NCBI GenBank assembly: GCA_017399885.1
Contig: JAFQAU010000264.1
Coordinates: 6,411 to 70,410, forward strand
DNA from: Lachnospiraceae bacterium
GTDB lineage: Bacteria; Bacillota; Clostridia; Lachnospirales; Lachnospiraceae
Length of the DNA stretch: 64,000 nucleotides
Direction: 5' to 3'
The position numbers and the translations under genes were made by a program. Each line of letters begins with the position of its first letter. Position 1 is the stretch's first letter. The notes under the pieces are model-generated. The model had not been told where the DNA came from. It made no database searches and saw only the letters and a list, made by a program, of their open reading frames with translations. This document shows positions 28,633 to 37,405 of this stretch, in pieces.

Positions 28633-30309
28633 CCTGAATCCGTGAAACTGAATATTTTTTTATGCTGCTTCGCTTGATTTCTTTCGAAGCAGCATGTATG
28701 TATTGAATATAACAATTTTTCCTCTCTAAAATTAAAAATTGTGCTATAAAAGGGCAGACTTCTCCCACTGCAGTAAAAATTACATTTTGAATTGTTCTTT
28801 TTATAGACTGAAATCTGCAAATGCAGTATAAACTTCTGAAAACGTATATCTCCATACATTACTTTTCCCGAGCCCGATAACCAATTGCCTTGCGTGTGTC
28901 GTTACATGACTTGCCATCATGATTAGGTTGCTTATTACCGTTCTCAGTCTACGACGTTTTACTTTATGCCTTGTTTTGCGTCTTCCAATGGTTTCCTGTC
29001 CAATCATACGCAGAATGTTGTATGCCAAAATTGTCAACTCCAGCACCAGCTCGTTTGTATCAAACTTTCCTGAAGGAAGACGTTCCACATCCATATCTGT
29101 TTTTATTTCACTGTGGAACTGTTCACATTCTCCGTGGGCATGGTAATGTCTGATTACTTCATCATCTGTCATTCCGGTGTTTTCCCACCATGTTTCCACC
29201 TCCACTTCTGCCGGAAAAAGAAACTGGCCTTTTTTGTCTATGGTTCGTTATGATTTCATATCCAATACGAATTGTAACTGTTTTTAAAATTCCATCTTCT
29301 GCAGTATAAGAAATATCTTTCCAATCACTTCCTGTATAGATGATTTTTCCCTCACGTGGTTTTGTGATGTTCTGACAGTGTTTTTGTGCCATTACAAGCC
29401 ATTCTTCCTTACTTTCACGACGTAGGTTTCTTTTAATGATAAACTGACAGCCTTCTTCTAAAAGAATACCAATATCTTCAGTTGCATCATTTCCGGAGTC
29501 CAAACGTATCAAAAGAGGTTCATTTGTAATCTGTTTACACAGGCGGATTGTTTCGCGTAAAAATTCCGGTGTGTGTTTCTGACAGTGCTGCTTTCCTTCC
29601 CTTAGTTCAGCATTAATTAAATAGCCTTCTGTTCCTATATATGCCATGATAGGTGCGTATCCGTCGTATCCTTTGTAGGTGCGTGATACGCCTTCTTTCT
29701 TGGTTTTTGAGTTATCAAATGGAGTAACATCAATGTCTACCGGAACATATCCACTTGGAAGTCTGCCTGGAACTATTCCGTTGGAACACAACATTTTCAC
29801 ATTTTCAGACAGAATTATTTCACGCATAGAACTGCCAATGTCATCCATTCTCTGACGAAGTGTTTCCTCTGAAGGCAGTGCTCTTACGATGCCCAGTGTA
29901 TCCTTGTAGAATTCAATATCATCATCCATCTCATGAACAGCTCCATACTGTGGTTTTCCCATACATAGCATGCCGATATAAGTAAGCAGAATGTCTCCGT
30001 TTTTTATCTGATGCTGTGACCTGTTTTTGGTAACATCCATCCGGTTACAGTGCTTCACAAAATCGCTTTTTCCAAGAATTGCACCAACAATAGAAAGACC
30101 ACTTGCAGGAATAATGCGTTCATTTGTAAATTCAATCTTTATCTTACTCATACAACCTGCTCCTTAAAATAGTTTTCTGCTAAGATTATTATAACAGAAA
30201 AAAGTAGCACCGAATGGGTGAATTTTGAATTATACAAAAAATAACGAAATAATGTGCTTGCTCCTATACTTAAAGGGTTATGTAATTATGTGAGTTTCAC
30301 GGATTAAGG
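28633..30309 (-). mobile_element. IS1380-family insertion sequence (about 1.68 kb)
   Basis: Terminal inverted repeats CCTGAATCCGTGAAACT (28633-28649) and AGTTTCACGGATTAAGG (30293-30309). They enclose the transposase reading frames. Confidence 0.75.
28801..30151 (-). pseudogene. IS1380-family DDE transposase split by a frameshift
   Basis: The 329-aa and 134-aa ORFs overlap. Motifs VDIDVTPFDNSKTKKEGVSRTYKGYDGYAP, IRLDSGND and HGECEQFHSEIKTDMDVERLPSGKFDTNE. The frames switch at the T6 run (A6 on the coding strand) at 29230-29235. Confidence 0.7.
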
Positions 30310-31355
30310 TTTTTGGTTACAGCATTTCTTACCTTTATGACACTTCCGGGAACCTCTGATCCTATTCTTACAAGCTTTTTTCCGCCTTTTATTATCATTT
30401 TCCCGTTTACTATAGGAATGAGCATACAGGCAAATGAAATCCCCCGCTCCACTTTGGTCAATCTTTCTCCTGTTACGAAATCTACTCCTGTTACAGCTTC
30501 TTGGGCATCCTTTATATCTCCCAATACCGGCATTGTACTTATACCTGCGGATGCCACGCCTTCCACTATTTCTTCTGTTTGTTTCGTTTTTAAAATAGAA
30601 TTTTCTAGAGTGACACTAAGTTCCCACTGTTTTTGGATAGCTTCTTCTATCTCTTTTCCGTTTTCGTCATAATACTTTTCACAAGCTTCCTTCATCTCTT
30701 TTAAGTCCATGTAAGCTTGTGTATGAAAGCAACTTCTTTTTTCATAATCTGTTATTCTACGATTTTCCGATTGTCGGGATTGGATAAAATTTCTGGTATC
30801 TCTGATTAACCCTTCTAAAGACTCTATCTCATTCTGGCAAAAAGAAGCATCCAGTTGTGCTATCTTCCATTCCGTTTCCGTCAGGTCTTCGATTCTCTTG
30901 TCATAATCAATTCGTATGGCATCTGTAGATAAAGATTGGATTTCTACAATATCCTCTATTGAACGCAAATCTGCATTAATATCTTCTATGATATCATCCA
31001 GTTCAAAATATGTAAACTTAATATGCCCCTTCATCTCTTCCAAAGGATCTTCCGGTATTCTTGCATGTGGGTCACTATCCACGTTTTCCATAAATTGATT
31101 GGCATATAAATTAATCTTGCTATAAAAATCATCTAATATCATTCGGATAGAACTAAGGATAGTTTGGTGTACTTCTTGAAAGTAATCCTTAATATTTATT
31201 GCTGCTTTTCCTTGAAATTCTTCTATTTCCTGCAAGGCATCTATTTGTGTCTGTAAGGTGTCTATCATTTCTGCACATGCATTTAGTGATTGAAAGCTTT
31301 TTTCACGAAACAGACGTATTTTCTCATAATCCAGCACAAAAAGGTGTTTATCCAT
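30297..31355 (-). CDS. LXG-domain polymorphic toxin N-terminal module with a pre-toxin TG domain; the C-terminal toxin domain is missing (truncated by the IS)
   Basis: LXG-type N-terminus (FQGKAAINIKDYFQEVH). PT-TG motif PVLGDIKDAQEAVTGVDFVTGERL. The last codons and the stop lie inside the IS inverted repeat. Confidence 0.75.
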   Translation of the reverse strand: MDKHLFVLDYEKIRLFREKSFQSLNACAEMIDTLQTQIDALQEIEEFQGKAAINIKDYFQEVHQTILSSIRMILDDFYSKINLYANQFMENVDSDPHARIPEDPLEEMKGHIKFTYFELDDIIEDINADLRSIEDIVEIQSLSTDAIRIDYDKRIEDLTETEWKIAQLDASFCQNEIESLEGLIRDTRNFIQSRQSENRRITDYEKRSCFHTQAYMDLKEMKEACEKYYDENGKEIEEAIQKQWELSVTLENSILKTKQTEEIVEGVASAGISTMPVLGDIKDAQEAVTGVDFVTGERLTKVERGISFACMLIPIVNGKMIIKGGKKLVRIGSEVPGSVIKVRNAVTKNLNP

Positions 31356-31437
31356 TTCTTTTCTCCAATTCTGTTACAATTTTCTAACTACCCCTAAAAT
31401 TACATTTTTGTGTTACTCTCCCCCCTACTACCTCAAT

Positions 31438-31518
31438 AATATACCTCGTTCTCTTTTACAAATCTTTGAATCCATGGTTGTCAATTAGTGTGGGTTTTTG
31501 TCGGTTTCTTTCCAAAAG
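31438..31518 (-). promoter_or_regulatory. TGTCG-box promoter cassette E2 (degenerate)
   Basis: CAAATCTTTGAATCCATGG, then TGTCA, TGTGG and TGTCG at 31479, 31489 and 31499. Minus-strand TATATT at 31443-31438. Confidence 0.5.
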
Positions 31519-31763
31519 TAACAACGCAGTAGACAATAATTGTCTGGTATCAGCTGGTAGATTTTTTTTATGCTCATAAAAAACACACCCTTTCGAAACA
31601 TTTTTCTTGTTGCTAAGAGTGCGTTTATATCAGCCTATTGGAAATTCATATCAAGTTTTTTCTTTCGTATACCTAAGGGCAAATTTCAATTTAAACATTC
31701 CATTCCCGCTGGTAATGGACTAAAAAATTTGAGATAGTGAAGTCCTAAAGTATAACCATAATA

Positions 31764-31803
31764 CATGCTACAATAGCCATACGCCTTGTTTTGAATCGCT
31801 TAC
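31764..31803 (-). repeat. Second copy of the 18601-18663 terminator module
   Basis: CATGCTACAATAGCCATACGCCTTGTTTTGAATCGCTTAC. Its first 21 nt are the exact reverse complement of 18601-18621. Confidence 0.7.
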
Positions 31804-31828
31804 GGATAAATAGCATAAATGACCCATT

Positions 31829-32503
31829 CTATATGTCCACCCTTCCATCCTTCATAACAAGTACCCGGTCAGCTCTTTTGGCCAAATCTAAATCATGGGT
31901 AACCAATAAAATAGTCTGTGAAAATGCTTCTTGACATTCTTTTAACAGATCCATTACCTCAAGAGAGTTTTCTTTATCCAGATTCCCTGTTGGTTCATCC
32001 GCTAAGATCAAAAGTGGCTTAGAAATCATAGCTCTTGCTATGGCAACCCTTTGTCTTTGTCCCCCTGACAATTGATCCGGCATACGATTTAATAGCTGTT
32101 CAATTCCCAGCCTTTTTGTTAATACATGAAAATATTCCCAATCTATACTACTGCTATCTAATTGTACCGGGATTAATATATTGTCTTTTACTGTTAATAT
32201 GCTAATTAATTGGTAAGATTGATAAATAAAACCAATCTTTCTTCTTCGAAATTCTGCTTGTTTGATTTTGTTATATGCAATAATATTCTCTCCTCCAATG
32301 TAAATTTCTCCACTATCTGCCTTATCTAAAGTACCAAGCACATTTAAAAGCGTAGACTTACCACTTCCACTTTTCCCAAGGATGGCAACACATTCTCCTT
32401 TTCTTACCTGAAAGGATACTTTATTCAATACTTGCACTGCACTATCTCCCTCGCCATATTGCTTACATAAGTCCTTTACTTTTATCATATACTTTTCTTC
32501 CAT
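31829..32503 (-). CDS. ABC transporter ATP-binding protein (FtsE/MacB/LolD-like) with no cognate permease
   Basis: [35 protein letters not shown]. Confidence 0.85.
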   Translation of the reverse strand: MEEKYMIKVKDLCKQYGEGDSAVQVLNKVSFQVRKGECVAILGKSGSGKSTLLNVLGTLDKADSGEIYIGGENIIAYNKIKQAEFRRRKIGFIYQSYQLISILTVKDNILIPVQLDSSSIDWEYFHVLTKRLGIEQLLNRMPDQLSGGQRQRVAIARAMISKPLLILADEPTGNLDKENSLEVMDLLKECQEAFSQTILLVTHDLDLAKRADRVLVMKDGRVDI

Positions 32504-32644
32504 TTCTTTTACCAGACCTTCCTAACATTTTATTCCAATGGTTCAAAATATGGATTCTTCCATATAATCATATGAACTACAACTATTCTTATCTTCCAAG
32601 TTCTCCTTTTGCAATACAGAAGGAACTCCATTTATCGACCAAAT

Positions 32645-32720
32645 AGTATACCCCAATTTCTTTCCAAAATCTTTGAATCCATGGGGATCATTTTTGTCGG
32701 TTTTTGTCGGTTTCTTTCCA
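32645..32720 (-). promoter_or_regulatory. TGTCG-box promoter cassette E3
   Basis: Boxes TGTCGG at 32695 and 32705. Minus-strand TATACT at 32650-32645. The cassette matches E4 over about 70 nt. Confidence 0.6.
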
Positions 32721-32834
32721 AAATTATATTTTTAATAGCAATTCAACCATGTCATTCGTATTTTTTCAGAATATACATTAAGACAAAAAAATATACATCC
32801 AGACTGGCAAAACACTTATGTCTAGCGTTAACCA

Positions 32835-33058
32835 GAACAAAGTGGACAAGTCCACTTCAACTCCCTAAATCCCTCATTCATGAGGGACTTGCTCCACTTT
32901 ATGTGCCAGATGCGTGTTGCATGCCTTTTGCAACAATGTTCCTTACGCATCTACTCTGTACGCTATTTTACTAAAACTCGTACCTCGTTAAGTAAAATAT
33001 GTGTGTGCAAATCCTCGCGGAGCTTTTTTGCTTTATAGGACGAAGTTTCCTATAAAAA
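32835..33058 (+). repeat. 225-bp four-hairpin repeat, copy 1
   Basis: Near-identical to 56053-56277. Internal stems: AAAGTGGACAAGTCC/GGACTTGCTCCACTTT, CCCTCAT/ATGAGGG, GATGCGT/ACGCATC, TTTTACT/AGTAAAA and CTTTATAGGA/TCCTATAAAG. Confidence 0.85.
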
Positions 33059-33067
33059 GTAAAAAAA

Positions 33068-33126
33068 ATATGTGTAAGTTGACTATGAGAGCAAATTCTC
33101 ATGTGCAACTTACACATATTTTTTTC
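33068..33126. terminator. Bidirectional rho-independent terminator (ends the 36842-33250 operon)
   Basis: ATATGTGTAAGTTG...CAACTTACACATAT, flanked by A8 and T7. Confidence 0.8.
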
Positions 33127-33249
33127 ATGACTAAACTGTTACGAAAAATTCAGATATACCCGTTGTCTCGCATAAATTCTTTATAATTCATGCTCCCTCA
33201 CTTTCCTATTGCTTGGTAGTCTGTGATTTTTCCGAAAGACATCCTATGT

Positions 33250-33993
33250 TTAACCTTCCACCTGATATTTTTCCATACAGCGTTTTATAATCTCGTGCTT
33301 TATTTTATTTCTGATTTCTAAAATTTTTTCTTCTTTGCAAAAAAATTCATAGTCCTTTATATCTCCATATGTATAAATAAACTCCTTACTATCTGGCATT
33401 AATTGGGTTGTATCTTTATCAATTTTAAGGTAAGAAAAATATCCACCTGATAGACTATAATAGTTTTTATAACCAAACTTATCCAGCTTTAAGTCTTCTT
33501 CCTTTGACAAACCACTGGAAGTCTGAAATGAATTTATAAATATTAAATACTGATTTTCTTCCTGCATTAAACTTCTATAATCTGCATACATTGCTAATTG
33601 GTTCTTTTCATTCCATTTGAATCCATCTACATCAGATATCCAAATGGTTTGGTCTGCAAGTTCTTCTTCCTTTCCTTTTAATACATTAAGAACCCGAACC
33701 TCTTGTACTCCCAAATAAGAATCGCTTATGTAATTTCCCGTAGGTTCTCCTATCACAATGCATTCACAGTCATCCCACTCTGTTACATAATAATCAAAAT
33801 ATTTTATGTAGTGTTTTTTATACTCCTTTTTGCTTTCTAATCCACCCTCTATTTGAATTTCTCTGTCATCAAAATCACTTAAATGACTAGCGTATTCAAT
33901 GCCCACATCTGTAAATTTTGTTTTTCCATATTGTCCAATCAATCCAACAGCAATGTAAAAAATAAGAAATAATAGAATTCGTTTTTTTATCAT
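33250..33993 (-). CDS. Membrane-anchored extracytoplasmic protein of unknown function
   Basis: Single N-terminal TM (ILLFLIFYIAVGLIG). 247 aa. Last gene of the operon. Confidence 0.55.
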   Translation of the reverse strand: MIKKRILLFLIFYIAVGLIGQYGKTKFTDVGIEYASHLSDFDDREIQIEGGLESKKEYKKHYIKYFDYYVTEWDDCECIVIGEPTGNYISDSYLGVQEVRVLNVLKGKEEELADQTIWISDVDGFKWNEKNQLAMYADYRSLMQEENQYLIFINSFQTSSGLSKEEDLKLDKFGYKNYYSLSGGYFSYLKIDKDTTQLMPDSKEFIYTYGDIKDYEFFCKEEKILEIRNKIKHEIIKRCMEKYQVEG

Positions 33994-34036
33994 TCTCTTC
34001 CCTGCTTTCTATCAGTTATTGTTACGTTATTATCAC

Positions 34037-34666
34037 TTATGATTCTAATAAAACACCGTGGTTTATAGGAAATACTTTATCACAAAGTGTTTCTATGTCC
34101 AAAGAATTATGGCTTGCAATAACGATAATAGCACCTCTTTTGGCTTCTTCTAAAACCAACTTATGAAACAACTCCACACTTTTATTATCTAATGCATTAG
34201 TTGGTTCATCCAATAATAGTACCTTAGGCTTCTCCATGATTGCCTGTGCCAAAATTAATTTTTGTCTCATTCCTAGGGAATATTTCTTTATATGACGCTT
34301 ATCCTTTGGATCTAATCCCACTCTTTTTAGGGCATCTTTTATTTCTTCTTTTCCAACAATTCCATTTATCTTGGCTAAGTATAATAAGTTGTCCATGGCT
34401 GATAAATCAGGGAATAATCCTATATTTTCCAATACTAAACCAACATTTTTTAATTTATGATTCGGTACTTCTTTTCCATCCACTAAAATTGTTCCTTCAC
34501 TAGGACTGATTAAACCGGAAAGCATTCGAATCAACATACTTTTTCCGGAACCATTTGGCCCAATTAAACCATATATTTTTCCACTCTCTAATTGCATATG
34601 AATATTATCTAATACTCTTTGGTTTTGAATACTTTTTCCAATTCCCACCAGTTCAATTCTCTCCAT
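34037..34666 (-). CDS. ABC transporter ATP-binding protein
   Basis: Start trimmed to MERIELVG (ATG 34666), just after the upstream stop. GPNGSGKSM, YSLGMRQKLILAQAI, LLLDEPT. Confidence 0.85.
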   Translation of the reverse strand: MERIELVGIGKSIQNQRVLDNIHMQLESGKIYGLIGPNGSGKSMLIRMLSGLISPSEGTILVDGKEVPNHKLKNVGLVLENIGLFPDLSAMDNLLYLAKINGIVGKEEIKDALKRVGLDPKDKRHIKKYSLGMRQKLILAQAIMEKPKVLLLDEPTNALDNKSVELFHKLVLEEAKRGAIIVIASHNSLDIETLCDKVFPINHGVLLES

Positions 34667-34668
34667 AT

Positions 34669-35430
34669 TTATACCTCTTCCATACCTAAAGACACATCTG
34701 TCTTTGCTAATTTTCTCACAACATATTCTGTTTCTAAAATACACAATCCAATATAATAAAATAGAATAACAAATTGCATAACTACAGAATCTACCAAATA
34801 TACAGAAAGTGCATTTACCGGATTCCAAAAAGATAACCAATGGTACGCTCCAATCACAGGAATTTGCTCAAATTTCAGGCAAAGTTGTACCAAAAGTATC
34901 AATCCCAGATATCCCGAAAAAAATCCTACTGCAATTTGTGTTTTTACTGCTATAAAATTGATCCCTATAATCATTTGGTACATCAGTATAGTGTAAGCAA
35001 GACTCATTAGTAAAAACAATTCTATTATTTCCATATTTGGCCCTGTTTTTGTTTTCAGACAGCATAATATAAATATGCTTGTAAAATAACTAATAGAAAA
35101 AAAGAAGGCACTTACTAAGAGTTCTTTCATTCTTTTTCGAAACCAATCCGCCCTATTTTCTACTCGAAGTAATACGTAAATTCCTGGACCAAAAAAGTCT
35201 TGGTATAAAACCATTCCAAAGAAAAGAGAAAACACCACCACACCCACCATATTTTCCATGGTTAAAATAAAGGATTGATGGGACAAAATTGTTTTCATAT
35301 CAAAGGTAGCACTTAAAAAAAGCTGGTGTATGGGAATCCCTTCTTCACAGTCCCCAATTAACAAATAAAAATTTATACAAAGGGAAAGCAGAAAGGCAAC
35401 TATGCTTATTTTTCCAATTTTCTTTTTCAT
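34669..35430 (-). CDS. Polytopic membrane protein (putative ABC-2 permease subunit)
   Basis: Start trimmed to MKKKIGKISIV (ATG 35430), a 4-bp overlap with the upstream gene. About 6 TM segments. Confidence 0.6.
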   Translation of the reverse strand: MKKKIGKISIVAFLLSLCINFYLLIGDCEEGIPIHQLFLSATFDMKTILSHQSFILTMENMVGVVVFSLFFGMVLYQDFFGPGIYVLLRVENRADWFRKRMKELLVSAFFFSISYFTSIFILCCLKTKTGPNMEIIELFLLMSLAYTILMYQMIIGINFIAVKTQIAVGFFSGYLGLILLVQLCLKFEQIPVIGAYHWLSFWNPVNALSVYLVDSVVMQFVILFYYIGLCILETEYVVRKLAKTDVSLGMEEV

Positions 35431-36272
35431 TGTAATTGGTTCTCCTCTCGTTTTATGTGAATCCAAAAAACAGCCAAACTAAGGAAAAGGATTCCTATGT
35501 AAAGGAAAGGCACCTTCCATTCTGAAATTCCAAAATAATTTTGAATTACAACCAGATTATTAATATCCGTATGAATTAATCTCACCCCATAACGGTGAAA
35601 TAGCCAAAATAGGGCATAATTTGGCACAAAGATTAAAAGCTTGTATTTTTTTACAATATGTGCAGTTACAAATGCCACAATTCCACAAATTCCCGCCAGT
35701 ATTCCAATTTGTATAGAAAATAGTACATTGTATAATGTGGGATGTGCTATATAAAACTCTGGAAATAAGAGAAGTGCATGTTCTAGTCCTTCTTCTGCAT
35801 AAAAAACATTGGTAAAAAAAACATCCCGTTGCCCATAATAAGATTCCTGGGTATTATGTATGGTAAAATAATTTAATAAAATATTCCAAAACAGTGGTAC
35901 AACCATAACAATAAAACCTCCAAGAAAACAAGCGGCAAGCTTCCCTACGTAATAAACTCTTTTTTCTGTTCTACAAAGACTATAGATATCTGCTTTTTTT
36001 TCTTTTTCATCAAAATAGTGTAATGCAAAAGGCATAGACACGATAATAGGAAAAAGATATAGAAATTTATCTGCATAAGGCGCGTACTCAAAACATGCAA
36101 ACCACTCACTACTTCTTATAACATTAGAAATATCCATTCCCATATTTTCTGTAATCAGTTTTATATAAGTGAGTGCACAATAAACACTCATGATACCCAA
36201 TGAAATCCAAAATGTTTTCGTCTGAAACATTAAGTAACACTGCGCCCAAATGCTCCGTATGTATTTTTTCAC
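35427..36272 (-). CDS. Polytopic membrane protein (putative ABC-2 permease subunit)
   Basis: 281 aa, about 6 TM segments, in the operon. Confidence 0.6.
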   Translation of the reverse strand: MKKYIRSIWAQCYLMFQTKTFWISLGIMSVYCALTYIKLITENMGMDISNVIRSSEWFACFEYAPYADKFLYLFPIIVSMPFALHYFDEKEKKADIYSLCRTEKRVYYVGKLAACFLGGFIVMVVPLFWNILLNYFTIHNTQESYYGQRDVFFTNVFYAEEGLEHALLLFPEFYIAHPTLYNVLFSIQIGILAGICGIVAFVTAHIVKKYKLLIFVPNYALFWLFHRYGVRLIHTDINNLVVIQNYFGISEWKVPFLYIGILFLSLAVFWIHIKREENQLQ

Positions 36273-36413
36273 TTTTTACTTCCTCTCTTTACTTCCATAT
36301 TTTCTAGTGTAGTTTCATATCTTCTACATATTCACCATGTTTATTCTGAACTTATATAGGAAATCACCTATATAAGTTCAGAATAAAATATCACAACTCC
36401 TTTGTTGGATAAT

Positions 36414-36842
36414 TTAATTTGTATCTACATCAAATTGTCCTGAAATTTTACAATCCAAGGCTGGATCGTTTCCCATTGCCCTAAAATTAATACAAACTCC
36501 TGGTCTTCGATATTCGCTTTTTAATTTGTATACACTATTCTTATCTTTTCTTAGAGTAACTTCATTCTTATTATCCAAAACATTGGAACCATTACTTCTA
36601 AATCTTGCTTTTATTTTTTTATAATTTGATTCGCTTCCATCTGCTTTATAGATATCATATAAGTCGACTGCTATTGAACTTTTATCAGTTGCTTTTGAAC
36701 AAGATGCTATTTTTGTAAATTCATTACTGTCAACATATGCATACTGAAATTGCGTTGCAACTGCATCTACACTTACACTTCCTGCTATTGATGTAATTAT
36801 TACTGCTCCGACCATTATTTTTTTTAATTTGTTATTAAACAT
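36414..36842 (-). CDS. Small secreted protein of unknown function; first gene of the cassette-driven operon
   Basis: Start trimmed to MFNNKLKKIMVGAVIITSIAGSVSVDA (signal peptide). Mature part about 115 aa with two Cys pairs possible. Confidence 0.6.
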   Translation of the reverse strand: MFNNKLKKIMVGAVIITSIAGSVSVDAVATQFQYAYVDSNEFTKIASCSKATDKSSIAVDLYDIYKADGSESNYKKIKARFRSNGSNVLDNKNEVTLRKDKNSVYKLKSEYRRPGVCINFRAMGNDPALDCKISGQFDVDTN

Positions 36843-37033
36843 ATTTAGTTTCCTTTCTTTTACACATTGTATCACATTTATAGGTGTATGGCAAAACATC
36901 AGAAATTTTATTTTGCTCCTATGTTACTCTACTACTTTAAAATCCTATATTCTCATCTTTTACACTTTTCATTAATATTAAAAAATAATAGACATGTAGA
37001 GTTTTTCTTCACTCCTCCTCTCTCCGTTTGCAC

Positions 37034-37222
37034 AGTATACTACAATTTCTTTCCAAAATCTTTGAATCCATGGGGATCATTTTTGTCGGTTTTTGTCGGT
37101 TTTTGTCGGTTTCTTTCCAAAATCTTTGAATCCATGGGGATCATTTTTGTCGGTTTTTGTCGGTTTCTTTCCAAAATCTTTGAATTTTTGGGGATCTGTT
37201 TTGTCGGTTTCTTTCCAAAAAT
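37034..37222 (-). promoter_or_regulatory. TGTCG-box promoter cassette E4, tandemly triplicated (six boxes)
   Basis: The unit TTTCCAAAATCTTTGAATCCATGGGGATCA(TTTTTGTCGG)n repeats three times. Boxes at 37084, 37094, 37104, 37148, 37158 and 37202. Minus-strand TATACT at 37039-37034. Confidence 0.65.
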
Positions 37223-37277
37223 TATATTTTTGCATAGCTGAACTCTTAGGAACTATTTAAATTTATTCTGAATTTTA

Positions 37278-37306
37278 TTGAGATTTTAATTTTTTAATGT
37301 TAGAAT
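37278..37306 (+). promoter_or_regulatory. Promoter of the Spo0A-like regulator gene
   Basis: TTGAGA (37278-37283), 17 nt spacer, TAGAAT (37301-37306) preceded by TGT. About 70 bp downstream of the last box. Confidence 0.55.
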
Positions 37307-37405
37307 ATCATTAGTCATATTGTGAATATTTAGAACCATAAATCCTACCAAAGCTTGAAATACAATAACACTCTAATCTAATAGGATAAATAGAAAGGAA
37401 CAAAA

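Noticed and set aside
28593-28859. Two overlapping small ORFs at the IS left end
   Set aside because: They lie in the IS terminal region downstream of the transposase stop. They overlap each other in different frames and resemble no known family.
32609-32974. 121-aa ORF crossing cassette E3 and the 225-bp repeat; likewise 36867-37241 crossing cassette E4
   Set aside because: The peptides simply mirror the DNA repeats (FVGFCRFLSKIFESMGIIFVGFCRFLSKI). The same DNA occurs elsewhere in non-equivalent frames. Not coding.
33068-33126. Terminator as evidence for a plus-strand sRNA made from the 225-bp repeat
   Set aside because: The hairpin has T-runs on both sides and sits exactly where the minus-strand operon ending at 33250 needs a terminator. 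The sRNA reading is not required.
37045-37222. Possible CRISPR array, given short direct repeats with regular spacing
   Set aside because: The units are contiguous copies of one 52-62-bp cassette. There are no unique spacers and no cas genes. This is a tandem duplication of a promoter element.
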